DNA of 64,000 nucleotides from Hemiscyllium ocellatum. Lineage: Eukaryota. Of the stretch, positions 46,943 through 59,059 are shown piece by piece. The notes under the pieces are model-generated. The model was not told the origin of the DNA. It was given only the letters and a program-made list of their open reading frames with translations, and did no database searches. The DNA is taken from assembly GCF_020745735.1 (NCBI RefSeq), contig NC_083412.1, positions 58,804,320-58,868,319 of the forward strand, given 5' to 3'. The translations under genes were made by a program, and so were the position numbers. How positions within the stretch are numbered: the first letter of the stretch is position 1; every line of letters begins with the position of its first letter.

Positions 46943-47335
46943 AAGAAATACTTTCATTTATATAGCATCTTCCGTGGGCTCAGGACACCCTTTTATATTG
47001 AATGAAGTGCTTCGGAGCTGGGGGCAGTGTTGTGCTACAGAAAGTGTCAGTAAATCCTAACACTGAACAGGTAATCACTTTGAGTCATGTTGATTTTGAC
47101 GTAATTATGAGTCAGGACACTGGAGAGAACTCCCTTCCTCTGTCCTCAGGTCTGTTGACACCTAACTGAGAGGGAAGAATTGCTGATTTGAAATACTGCA
47201 CCACCCACTTTGCAACGCTCCCTCCGTCTGACACACAGGTGCGTGCCCAGACCACTCGGCAATGGGAGTTGAAGCCTCAGTCTTCTGAACGCGGGTGTGA
47301 AACTGCCATTTATGCAAGGGAAAAGATCACATTGC
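46943..47335 (-). mobile_element. Degenerate Deu-domain SINE (SacSINE1-like)
   Basis: tttcatttatatagcatcttcc...caggacactggagagaactccc...gggagttgaagcctcagtcttctga resembles the antisense DeuSINE. Confidence 0.6.
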
Positions 47336-47539
47336 AACCAGGAACCTGTCACATTTCAGTCTGAAACATGCAATAGAGAGCAAAGGCTCTGCTGCACACT
47401 GATTACATAATCCAAATGCATATAACTGGAAACAAAGATAACCAATACTGGAAACCGCTGGAAAACAGGCAGGGATTCTTATAGGCTTTCCTCCAAACAG
47501 GTTGTTTGTTCTATACTAAACAAAAAAAAGTACTGCTTA

Positions 47540-47735
47540 TGGAAGAAATCAGAAACAAACAAGAGAAATTGTTGGAAAAACTCAGCAGATCTAACCGCAT
47601 CATTGGAGAGAAAGCAGAGTTAATGTTTCAGCTGCAAATGTGTTGCTGGTCAAAGCACAGCAGGCCAGGCAGCATCTCAGGAATAGAGATGTTCAGGTTT
47701 TAATGTTTCAGGTCCAGTGGCCTCCTCCAGACCAG
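47540..47735 (-). mobile_element. PLE family F pLTR with a 68-bp family B fragment nested in its hammerhead
   Basis: Host gaaattgttggaaaaactcagcag...; insert 47632-47699; 12-bp TSD ttaatgtttcag (47620-47631 and 47700-47711). Confidence 0.85.
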
Positions 47736-47754
47736 ACTTGTTTGTTTTATGTGC

Positions 47755-50700
47755 TTGATTTGTTCTATATATTTGATATGTTCAAACCCAGGAAAACATT
47801 CCTGTACGAGATAGACATTTCTGTGGCCAGCAGCGAAAAATCAGATTGGTGTGTTGCCTCCCTGGTGCCAGGATCAAGGATGTCTCCGAGAGGGTGCAGA
47901 GTGTTCTCAAGAGGGAGAGGGACAAGCAGGAGGTCATTGCACACATTGGAACCAAGGACATTGGAAGGGAAAAGGATGAGATTCTGAAGGGAGAATATGG
48001 AGAGTTAGGCAGCAATTTAAAAAAAAACCTTGAGAGTAGTAATATCTGTATTACTCCCTGTGCTACGAGCTAGTGAGGGTAGGAGTAGGAAGTTAGAGCA
48101 GATGAATGCATGGCTGAGGAGTTGGTATATGGGAGAAGGATTCACATTTTTGGATCTTTGGAATCTCTTTTGGGGTAGAAGTGACCTGCACAAGAAGGAT
48201 GGACTGCACCTGAATTGGAAGGGGACTAACATACTGGCAGGGAAATTTGCTAGAACTGCTAGGAAGGATTTAAATGAGTAATGTTGGGGAGGGTGGGACC
48301 CAAGGAAATAGTGAGGAAAGAGATTAGTCTGAGACTGGTACTGCTGAGACAAGAAGCAAGTCAAATAGTCAGGGCAGGCAGGGACAAAGCCGAGAACAAG
48401 GTTGGACTGATAAATGAACTGTGTTTATTTCAATATAAAAGGCCTAACACGGAAGGCAGATGAACTCAGGGCATGGTTAGGAACATGAGACTAGGATATC
48501 ATAGCAATAACAAAAACATGGCTCAGGGATGGACAGGACTGGTAGCTTAATGTTCCAGGATACAAATGCTACAGGAGGGATATAAAGAGGGGGCAAGAAA
48601 GGGCGGCACAGTGGTTAGCACTGCTGCCTCACAGCACCAGAGACCTGGTTCAATTCCTGCCTCGGGCGACTGTCTGTGTGGAGTTTTGCACATTCTCCCT
48701 GTGTCTGCGTGGGTTTTGTCCAGGTGCTCCGGTTTCCTCCCACAGTCCAAAAATGGCAGGTTAGGTGAATTGGCCATGTGAAATTGCCCGTAGTGTTAGG
48801 TGAAGGGGTAAATGTAGGAGAATTGCTCTTTGGCGGGTCGGTGTGGACTTGTTGGACTGAACGGCCTGTTTCCACACTAAGTAATCTATTAAAAAAAAAG
48901 GAGGGGAGTAGCGTTTTTGATAAGGGATAGCATTACAGCTGTATTGAGGGAGGAGATACCTGGAAATGAATCTAGGGAAGTTATTTGGGTGGAACTGAGA
49001 AATAAGAAAGGGATGATCACCTTACTAGGATTGTATTATAGACCCCCTAATAGTCAGTGGGAAATTGAGAAACAAATTTATAAGGAGATTTCAGTGCAAA
49101 ACTTGACCTACTCTTGAAAAGTATAAGGCAGGGTGAGTGACTGAGGTGTCAGTGGGGGAGCACATTGGGGCCAGCAACTATACTTCCATTAGTTTTAAAA
49201 TAGTGATGGAAAAGGATAGACCAGATCTAATAATTGACGTTCTAAATTGGAGGAAGGCTAATTTTGACAGTATTAGGCAAAAACTTTCAAACGCTGATTG
49301 GAGGCAGATGTTCGCAGGTAAAGGGATGGCTGGAAATTGGGAAGCCTTCAGAAATAGATAACAAGAGTCCAGAGAAAGTATATTCCTGGCAGGGTGAAAG
49401 AAAAGGCTGGTAGATGTATGGAATGCTTGATGATGAGAGAAATTGCGGGTGTGGTTAAAACAAAGGAAGCATATGTCAGATATAGACAGGATAGATCAAG
49501 TGAATCCTTAGAAGGCATAAAGGCAGGAGGAGTATACTTTAAGAGGGATATCAGGAGGACAAAAAGGGGATATGAGAATCCAAAGGGTTTTTACAAATAC
49601 ATTAAGGACAAAAGGGTGACTAGGGAGATAATAGAGCCCCTCAAAGATCAGCAAGCTGGCCTTTGTGTGGAGCCACAAGAGATGGAGGGATACTAAATGA
49701 GTATTTTGCACCAGTGTTTACTGTGGAGAAGGACAGAAAAGATATAGAATGTAGGGAAATAGATGATGACATCTTGAAAAATGTCCATATGACAGAGGTG
49801 GAAGTGCTGGGTGTCTTGAAATGCATAAAAGTGGATAAATCCTCAGGAACTGATTGGGGAAGTGTTTGCTGGTGGTAAGGGCAAGCCAGGGAACTGTAGA
49901 CCAGTGAGCCTGGTGTCTGTATTGGGCAAGTTGTTGGAGGGAGGTGTGAGAGAAAGGATGTACACACGCTAGGAAAGGCGAGGACTAGTTAGGGATAGTC
50001 AACATAGCTTTGTGCGTGGAAAATCATGTCTCACAAACTTGATTGAGTTTTTTAAAGTAGTAACAAGGAGGATTGATGTGGGTGGAGTGGTAGACGTGAT
50101 CTATTTGGACTTCAGTAAGGCGTTTGACAAGGTTCCCCATGGAAGACTGGTTAGCAAAGTTAGATCTTATGGAATACAGGGAGAACTAGCCATTTGGATA
50201 CAGAACTGGCTCAAAGGTAGTAGACAGAGGTTGGTGGTGGAGGGTTGTTTTTCAGACTGGAAGCCTGTGACTAGTGGAGAACCACAAGGATCGGTGCTGG
50301 GTCCACTACTTTTCATAATTTATATAAATGATTTGGATGTGAGCATATGAGGTATAATCAGTAAGTTTGTAGATGACACCAAAATTGAAAGTGTAGTGGA
50401 CAGTGAAGAAGGTTACCTCAGATTACAACAGGATCTTGCTCAGGTGGGCCAATGGGCTGAGGTATGGCAGATGGAGTTTAATTTACATAAATGTGAGGTT
50501 ATGCACTTTGGAATGGCAAATCAGTGCAGGACTTCTACACTTAATGGTAAGGTCCTTGGGAGTGTTGCTGAACAAAGAGACCTTGGAGTAAAGGTTCATA
50601 GCTCCTTGAACGTAGAGTCACAGGTAGATAGAATAGTGAAGCAGGCACTTGGTATGCTTTTGTTTATTGGTCAGAGTATTGAGTTCAGGAGTTGGGAGGT

Positions 50701-51275
50701 CATGTTGCATTGGCTAGGCTATTTTTGAAATGTGCGTGCAATTCTGTTCTCCTTCCTATTGGAAGGATGGTGTGAAACTTGAAAGGGTTCAGAAAAGGTT
50801 TGCAAGGATGTTGCCAGGGTTGAAGGATTTGAGTGAAAGGGAGAGGTTGAATAGGCTAAGGCTATTATCCCTAGAGCATTGGAAGCTGAGGGGTGACCTT
50901 ATAGAAATTTATAAAATCATGAGGGGCATGGATAGGGTAAATAGACAGTCTTTTCCCTGGGGTGTGCGAGTTCAGAACTAGAGGGCATAGGTTTAGGGTG
51001 AGAGGGGAAAGATATAAAAGAGACCTAAGAGGCAACTTTTTCACGCAGAGGGTGGTACGTGTATGGAATGAGCTGCCAGAGGATGTGGTGGAGGCTGGTA
51101 TAATTGCAACATTTAAAAGACATTTCGATGGGTATATGAATAGGAAGGGTTTGGAGGGATATGGGCTGGGTGCTGGTAGGTGGGACTAGATTGAGTTGGG
51201 ATATCTGGTCAGCATGGACAAGTTGGACCGAAGCATCTATTTCTGTACTGTACATCTCTATGACTCTTTGACTCT
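47755..51275 (+). mobile_element. Long CR1 LINE (esterase to tail), degenerate, intronic and sense to the gene
   Basis: ORFs VCCLPGARIKDVSERV...[28 protein letters not shown]; tail at about 51270. Confidence 0.94.
48601..48890 (+). mobile_element. HE1-type V-SINE inserted in CR1
   Basis: gggcggcacagtggttagcactgctgcctcacagc...gtaatctatt. Confidence 0.95.
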
Positions 51276-51689
51276 ACAACTGTCCAAGTAGGAACAGTAA
51301 CTGTTGTCTGAACAAATCTGCTGAAGGCGAAGCACTTTTAGTCACAATTATTATCTGCAGACACCTTATAGATATCGCAGTCTAGATCTTTGTGTAATTG
51401 CTTATAGATTAGGCTTCTTTGAAATAGTAGTGAATTTAACATTGCAAGTCTTAACTGCCTTGTTTGAATATTATTGCACAAAGTTGACTGTTCTTGACTG
51501 TGTGCTAACAACTGATCTCTAACCAAAACTGACAAGATATTTCAACACATAATGAATAAATAGAGTGTGATTCCTTGATTATGGTAAGATCTTGGGGTAC
51601 TGATGTTTCTAGTTTTTAAAAATATAAAAAGAGACTGGCATTACTATTATGCTTTTTATTACCTAACTACTGACTCCAACCCGCTCCCT

Positions 51690-52200
51690 GATAACAGTCT
51701 GAGACTAAGCTAGTTTATTCATAACATTGACATCACATTTGATCCCAAAAGGAGTATCCATCTTTATATTCATCCCACCTCTAAGACTGCCTATTTTCAC
51801 TTCCATAACATTGCCTGACTTTGTTCCACCTTCATTCATCTACTGTTGATACTCTTATCCATGCTTTTATTATATTTAGGTCAGATTTTTCCAACACACT
51901 TCGTGCTCATCTCTCCCATGCTGGCCTCCATAAATTTGGTATCATTAAGTCTCAAATACCTGTCTTTTAACTCAAACGAGTTCAATTATTGAGTCTTGCA
52001 CAATAGATGGCCATGCCTTCAATTCTCTAGGTCACAATCTTTTAAAGTCCTTGCTTACACCTCTCTGTCACTCAATCTCGTTTTCCTCTTTTAAGTCGCA
52101 CCTTAAAACTATCTTTTGACCCCTGATGAGCTTATTTCTCTTTTTGTACCTGTGTATTGTATTTTGCTTTAAAATGCTCCTACGAAGTACCTTTTGGATT
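51690..52200 (+). mobile_element. L2 LINE 3' relic
   Basis: Frameshifted KTAYFHFHNIA*L and DTLIHAFII.RSDFSN, typical of the L2 RT C-terminus. Confidence 0.75.
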
Positions 52201-52367
52201 TTTATTATGTTGAAGGTGCTATTGTTATGGGTAAATAAACACAAGTTACCTTTAATTTAGCTATTTATTTAGAAGTCTCACAGACAATCAAGTACTGAAA
52301 CAATGATTTAAACTTTATTGTATGTAGCAACCAAAATAAGACCCCTCAAGTAAGCGAGTTAAGCCTC

Positions 52368-54650
52368 TCAGCACCAGAGGGAAATTGAGTAACAAACTTG
52401 TAAGGAGATCTCAGCTATCCGTAAGAATAATACGGTGGTTATGGTAGGGGATTTTAACTTTCCAAACATAGACTGGGACTGCCATAGTGTTATGGGTTTC
52501 GATGGAGAGGAACTTGTTAAGTGTGTACAAGAAAATTTTCTGATTGAGTATGTGGATGTACTTAGGAGAGAAGGTGCAAAACTTGACCTACTCTTGGGAA
52601 ATAATGCAGGGCAGGTGACTGAGGTGCCGGGGTGGGGGCGGCGGGGGGAGAGGCACACTTTGGGGCCAGAGACTATAATTCTATTAGATTTAAAATCGTG
52701 ATGGAAAAGGATAGACCAGATCGAAAAGTTGAAGTTCTAAATTGGAGAAAGGCCAGTTTTAATAGTATTAGGCAAGAACGTTCAAAAGCTGATTAGGGGC
52801 AGATGTTCGCAGGTAAAGGGACGGCTGGAAAATGGGAAGCCTTCAGAAATGAGCTAACGAGAATCCAGAGAAAGTATATACCTGTTAGGGTGAAAGGTAA
52901 AGCTCGTAGGTATAGGGAATGCTGGATGACTAAAGAAATCAAGGGTTTGGTTAAGAAAAAGAAGGAAGCATATGTAAGGTATAGACAGAATAGATCGAGT
53001 GAATCCTTAGAGTATAAAGGCAGTAGGAGTATACTTAAGAGGGAAATCAGGAGGGCAAAAAGGGGACATGAGATAGCTTTGGCAAATAGAATTAAAGAGA
53101 ATCCAAAGGGTTTCTACAAATATGTTAAGGACAAAAGGGTAACCAAGGAGAAAATAGGGCCCCTCAAAGATCAGGAAGGTGGCCTTTGTGTGGAGCCACA
53201 GAAAATGGGGGAGATACTAAATGAATATTTTGCATCAGTATTTACTGTGTAAAAAGGATATGGAAGATATAGACTGTAGGGAAATAGATGGTGACATCTT
53301 GCAAAATGTCCATATTACAGAGGAGGATGTGCTGGATGTCTTGAAACGCATAAAGATGGATAAATCCCCAGGACCTGATCGGGGTACCCTAGAATTCTGT
53401 GGGAAGCTAGAGAAGTGATTGCTGGCCTCTTGCTGAGATATTTGTATCATCGATAGTCACAGGTGAGGTGCCGGAAGTCTGGAGGTTGGCTAACGTGGTG
53501 CCACTGTTTAAGAAGGGTGGTAAGGACAAGCCAAGGAATTATAGACCAGTGAGCCTGATGTTGGTGGTGGGCAAGTTGTTGGAGTGAATCCTGAGGGATA
53601 GGATGTACGTGTATTTGGAAAGGCAAGGACTGATTTAGGGATAGTCTACATGGCTTTGTGCGTAGGAAATCATGTCTCATAAACTTGTTTGAGTTTTTTG
53701 AAGAAGTAACAAAAAGGATTGATGAGGGCAGAGCGGTGGATGTGATCTATTTGGACTTCAGTAAAGTGTTCGACAGTAAAGGTTACTCATGGTAGTCTTG
53801 TTAACAAGATTAGATCACATGGAATACAGGGACAGCTAGCCATTTGGATAAAGAACTGGCTTGAGGGTAGAAAACAAAGGGTAGTGGTGGTGGAGGGTTG
53901 CCTGTCAGACTGGACACCTGTGACCAGTGGTGTGCAACAAGGATTAGTGCTGGGTCCACTGCTTTTCATCATTTATATAAATGATTTGAATGTAAACATA
54001 GGAAGTATAGTTAGCAAGTTTGCAAGTGACCCCAAAATTGGAAATGTAGTGGACAGTGAAGAAGGTTACCTCGGATTACAACAGGATAAGATGGGTCAAT
54101 GAGGAGTTGCAGATGGAGTTTAATTTAGATAAATGTGAGGTGCTGCATTTTGGAAGGGTAAATTAGGACAGGACTTGTACACTTAATGGTAAGGATGGTG
54201 AAGAAGGTGTTTAGTATGTTTTCCTTTATTGGCCAGAGCTTGGAGTAAAGGAGTTGCGGCTGTATGGGACATTGATTAGGCCACTTTTGGAATATTGTGT
54301 ACAATTCTAGTCTCCCTCCTATCGGAAGCATGTTGTGAAATTTGAAAGGGTTCAGAAAAGATTTACAAGGATGTTTCCAAGGTTGGAGGGTTTGTGCTGT
54401 AGGGAGGGGCTGAATTGGCTGGAGCTATTTTCCCTGGATCATCGGAGGCTGAGGGGTGACTTTATAGAGGTTTATAAAATAATGAGGGGCAAAGATAAAT
54501 AGACAAGGTCTTTTCCCTGGCTGGGGGAGTCCAGAATTACAGGTCATGGTTTTAGGGTGAGAGGGGAAAAATTTAAAAGGGACCTAACATTTTCATGTGA
54601 AGAGTGGTGTGTATATGGCATGAGGTGCCAGAGGAAGTGGTGGACACTGT
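52368..54650 (+). mobile_element. CR1 ORF2 (EN C-terminus to RT), degenerate, tail missing
   Basis: ORFs 52435-52701, 52803-53252, 53221-53418 and 53884-54102. Confidence 0.93.
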
Positions 54651-56679
54651 GGGTGAGAAGCTTACAGCAGTGCCAATTGTATGAGATGAGGTGTTATACA
54701 TGCACGCTAGGTATGCGTCTGTGAGTGATGGATTGTGGCAAATTTGGCTTATGGCACGGTTTATTTGATATGGCATTTAGTCTTTGGAGGTACAAGGATG
54801 TTGGCACAGTTCCTGTTCCTCTTAAGGGCCTATTTAATTTACAGTGATCGAGGAACAATCACTAGAGAGTCTTAACAAGATATAGATATTGTACAATAAA
54901 ACTTATGTGATAGTTGCACTGGCTAGTTAGACTTTGTTACTAAGACTATTTGAAATCAGAAATAACACATATGTTGCCTTCAAGCTATTCTCTCAGTACC
55001 CCCATCCACCCTGTATTAAATCATCATAGATTAGGTGGATGTTAATGTTTTTTCAACATTAACCTTTTCAGACACCTTACACTATTCACCATATCTCTGA
55101 AAGATTTTTTTCCCATTGTTAACATTTTATGCATTCATTTGTAAAACTACATTTAACATAATTCCATCTCCTGCCAGGTCTATAACTTTACAAAATCAGG
55201 TAGCCTGGAGGTATTCCAATGTTTCCAGAATGCATTCTTTTTTGACTTAGAAAATTGGGAGGTCTTGGGCTTGAGCACTGATGACCTTAATTCTGATCTT
55301 GATCATGCATTAGCTGTGAAGTATGTTGCAACTGGAGGACCATTTATCTCTTGGACTTCCTTTGCAGTAGATGTTGTTTCTGCCAAATAACGTGGTTGAT
55401 CCATTACCTTATCTGGAGGACACTCATCTCTTGAACGTCTTTTTCAAAAGAACACATCCCTACTGAACCAGGAGTTGCCCAGCTACAACATTTGAAAGAC
55501 CTTTAATATCATGAATTTCCATCATGGCAGATGGCTAATCTGTGGAAATAAGTACCTTCTTCTTTGCAGTTCCTAGACCGGATTTAAACTAGATATATTG
55601 TTTACAATACCATCTTAAATATGTGGACGTTGGTCTGGTTTTCATAGAATTATGTGTAGTTCATCTGCATTTTGTTCATGCAAATATTTACTCTCAATGT
55701 GTTGATAGATTGGTTAACATCTGTACCTCCTTACTTCACTTCTTGATTAGATTGGGTCTCCCTTTGCACTCCTTGATTGTCATACTAATGCAAGAGATAT
55801 TTTCCCATCGTTATTTATGGGACTGGAGAATTGCTGCATTATCTCTGTCACTGACACTGTTCATTTTGCTTTGGCGTACAAAGATTTGAAATGTTTCTCT
55901 TAATTCCCTGACATTATGTTTAAATCTGCAATCGCAAATTGTTCTGCAAACAGTTTCGCTGTCTGAGCAACTTCAGTTAAGCATTTGCTAATGAACTCGA
56001 ACGGGATGTACTGCGTATTCTTGTTTTCAGAATTTCCTTCTGCTTGGAGAATCTGCAAACCAAATATTATACAATGATGATAGGTGTGGAAAATATTTCC
56101 AGCACACCTATGTGGTTGTAAATTTCCTTCCTGACACTACTAGACAGTTCTTTTATGCCAACATAGATCACCTCAACAGATACTTTTTGTTTTTAGTTCC
56201 ACCATGAGTTTGTAAAGCCTAATGAAATTTTATACTAGTTGCTCTTGGACCAGATGGACAACAGTCTGTTCTTGTACCAGTTGTTTTCTGATTCCAAGCT
56301 ATTTGAATAGTCATAGAAAAACTTGATTCCCTTGAGTTGTTCAGTGTCTTGGAAGTAGCTGAGATAAAGGCGTAAGTTTAGGCTCAAAAGTGAGAAGTGT
56401 TGATATGAAGCATGTACATTGTATATGCTCTCAACTCTCTTATGTTACTTGTGTTGCTGAATAATTTGTAGCATATCTTTAATCCTGAGAATAATATCCT
56501 CTGGACTATATTGTTTAATCTCTGGAGCTGTTTTTTTTTCAGTCATGGTATTCGATCTGCTAAATAATTACAATCAGCCTGAATTAATCTTAAAAAAAAG
56601 GGGGGCCATTGACATAAACAAGTTCTGTCAAATTTGAATTATTTGGATCATGAATTTCCCTTAGGATTTCTTTTGTAAG

Positions 56680-56897
56680 GCTCTCCGTGTCTGCGTGGGT
56701 TTCCTCTGGGTGCTCTGGTTTCCTCCTACAGTCCAAAGATGTGCAGGTCAGGTGAATTGGCCATGCTAAATTGCCCTTAGTGTTAGGTGCATTAGTCAGA
56801 GGGAAATGGGTCTGGGTGCGTTACTCTTTGGAGAGTTGGTGTGGACTTTTTGTGCCAAAGGGTCTATTTTCACACTGTCGGAAATCTAATCTAATCT
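56680..56897 (+). mobile_element. 5'-truncated HE1-type V-SINE
   Basis: V domain and (aatct)n tail. Confidence 0.9.
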
Positions 56898-57211
56898 CTT
56901 TTGAATCCTGATTTCAAAGTTCCAGAGGCAGAGATAATTCATAGAGATGATTCCCCTGATTGCTGAACTCTTCTATTAAATCTCGCTGTTTCAAATTTTT
57001 TTTCTCTTTAAAGTTAAAGTAATTGTCAAAAGATTTCAGATCTTCAACAAATTTATCCATGCCTTTTCATGTTTTGATGATTTATAATATCATCAGCAGT
57101 AGGTACTATTGAATACAACCACCTACTTGTTCAGCATATGATTTAATGTTAAGTTTGAAACTATTCTATACCTTAAAATCTGTGGACCCAAGCTGTCCAA
57201 CCCTGTGATCA

Positions 57212-57393
57212 GGGAGGAGAAAGTGAAGTCTGCAGATGCTGGAGATCAGGTTCTTTTTTTGCAGATGTTGGAGGAGGGCTTATGCCCGAAACGTCAAATC
57301 TCCTGTTCCTTGGATGCTGCCTGACCTGCTGCGCTTTTCCAGCAACACATTTTCAGCTCTGATCTCCAGCATCTGCAGACCTCACTTTCTCCG
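57212..57393. mobile_element. PLE pLTR mini-element with inverted ends; hammerhead core truncated
   Basis: aaagtgaagtctgcagatgctggagatcag / ctgatctccagcatctgcagacctcacttt; 12-bp TSD accctgtgatca (57200-57211 and 57394-57405). Confidence 0.88.
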
Positions 57394-57589
57394 ACCCTGT
57401 GATCAAACAAAGTTAAGTCTTGAATGCAGTATTAGTTTTCTTGCTGTGTCTTCTTATTGTGATTATTTATTCTTATTACTTAATATCTCACATTTGACAG
57501 TATCTTTATGCTGCTGTGAATTTTGTTTCCCTTTGAAGACTTTTACTTTTGTAAATTGCAACGCTGTTTTATCTCAGTCAAAAACTCCT

Positions 57590-57870
57590 AGAAATGTACA
57601 GAATGAAAACAGACCCTTCCGTCCAACTCGTCCATGCTGATCAGATACCCTAAATTAATCTAGTCCTATTTGCCAACATTTGGCCTACATCCCACTATAC
57701 CCTTCATTTACATATACACATTCGGATGCCTTTTAAATATTGTAATTGTACTAGCCTCCACCATTTCCTCTGGCAGCTCATTCCATACATGCAGAACCTT
57801 TTTTGTGGAAAAGTTGCCCCATAGGGCCCTTTTAAAACTTCTTCCTCTTGCCTTAAACCTATGCCCTCTA
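57590..57870 (-). mobile_element. CR1 3' UTR fragment
   Basis: agaaatgtacagaatgaaaacagacccttccgtccaactc... Confidence 0.85.
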
Positions 57871-59059
57871 CTTCTTCTTAGTTTTTTAGCTTTTAAACAG
57901 TTTAGAATATCAATTCATTTCCCTTTTTTGGAAGTTTTAAATTATATTAAATAATAATGTTATATAACTGTTTTCTGGGGGGGGGGGGGGCTTTCCTCTT
58001 CATTGTGACCAAAATAGAGGTTCCCAAAATTCTGCAGGCAAAATGGATATTTCTTCCTTTTCCACAGGCAATGTGGATGTGTTCCCTCCTTTCACAGCTT
58101 AATTCATAATGGATGTCCTTTTCAAATACAGTCTTGTGCCTGCAACCTTAATACATGCTCCTGCCCAGATCCACTGTTTAAGTTATTAGTCTATTATCCA
58201 ACCACACTTAGCTAGCATGCACCTAACCAGAACCAAACTGATATAAGGACACCATCAAGTACACAAGATGACTGAAGCAGTGATACTGCTGCCCAAAGGA
58301 GCTCACCAGTAAGTGTTCCCATTGTTGGAGCTCCACTGAAATTTTAACAACTTGGCTATCATGAGTCCATAGCCTTTACCACAGAGTTCAACAAAGACCT
58401 CAGGAGGAAGAGGAAGAGAAAGTGAAATAAGAAAAGAAAGGCAGGAGACATCTGTTACAGTACAATTCTTGGCAGGCTAGCTGTGAGCACTGCAGTTGAC
58501 TTCAAATCCCAAATATTTGACAATTCCCCACTTCACGGATTCCACTGTAACAGGTCAGTAGTGTACATTCAGTCAAGGATTCAGTGCTGGATAGCACATC
58601 ATTATTATTATGATTAGAAGACAGCATAAGGTATGCATTCTGTCTGCATCTTTAGTGTGCACATCACAATCCATGCATCTGCTCTCCGCTGTTATTCAAA
58701 GTAATTCTTTGCATCTGTATGCAAGTTGTGTAGCCGCAAACACAAGTTGTTTTCCATGTCTGACTGCAGTTTCCACATCTGATGGTGAGGATCTTGAAGT
58801 CTCTAATGTGCACTATTTTAGCAGTTATCACATCTTCTCAAATAAACAAGCTGAAATAGCACAAAAGTGGATTCATAGATCATTATTTATTGAAGGAAGA
58901 CAAGTGGTGGCCTCTTTTAAAAAGCAATTCATTTATTTATCGGACAGTGTTCCAAATCCTAATAGCAATTGCATAAAGATTCCCCATAGATTTTTTCACT
59001 AATTATTTTGTCAGATTAAACAATTTAAATGTGTAAGAACCCATTGCTTATTCATAAGA

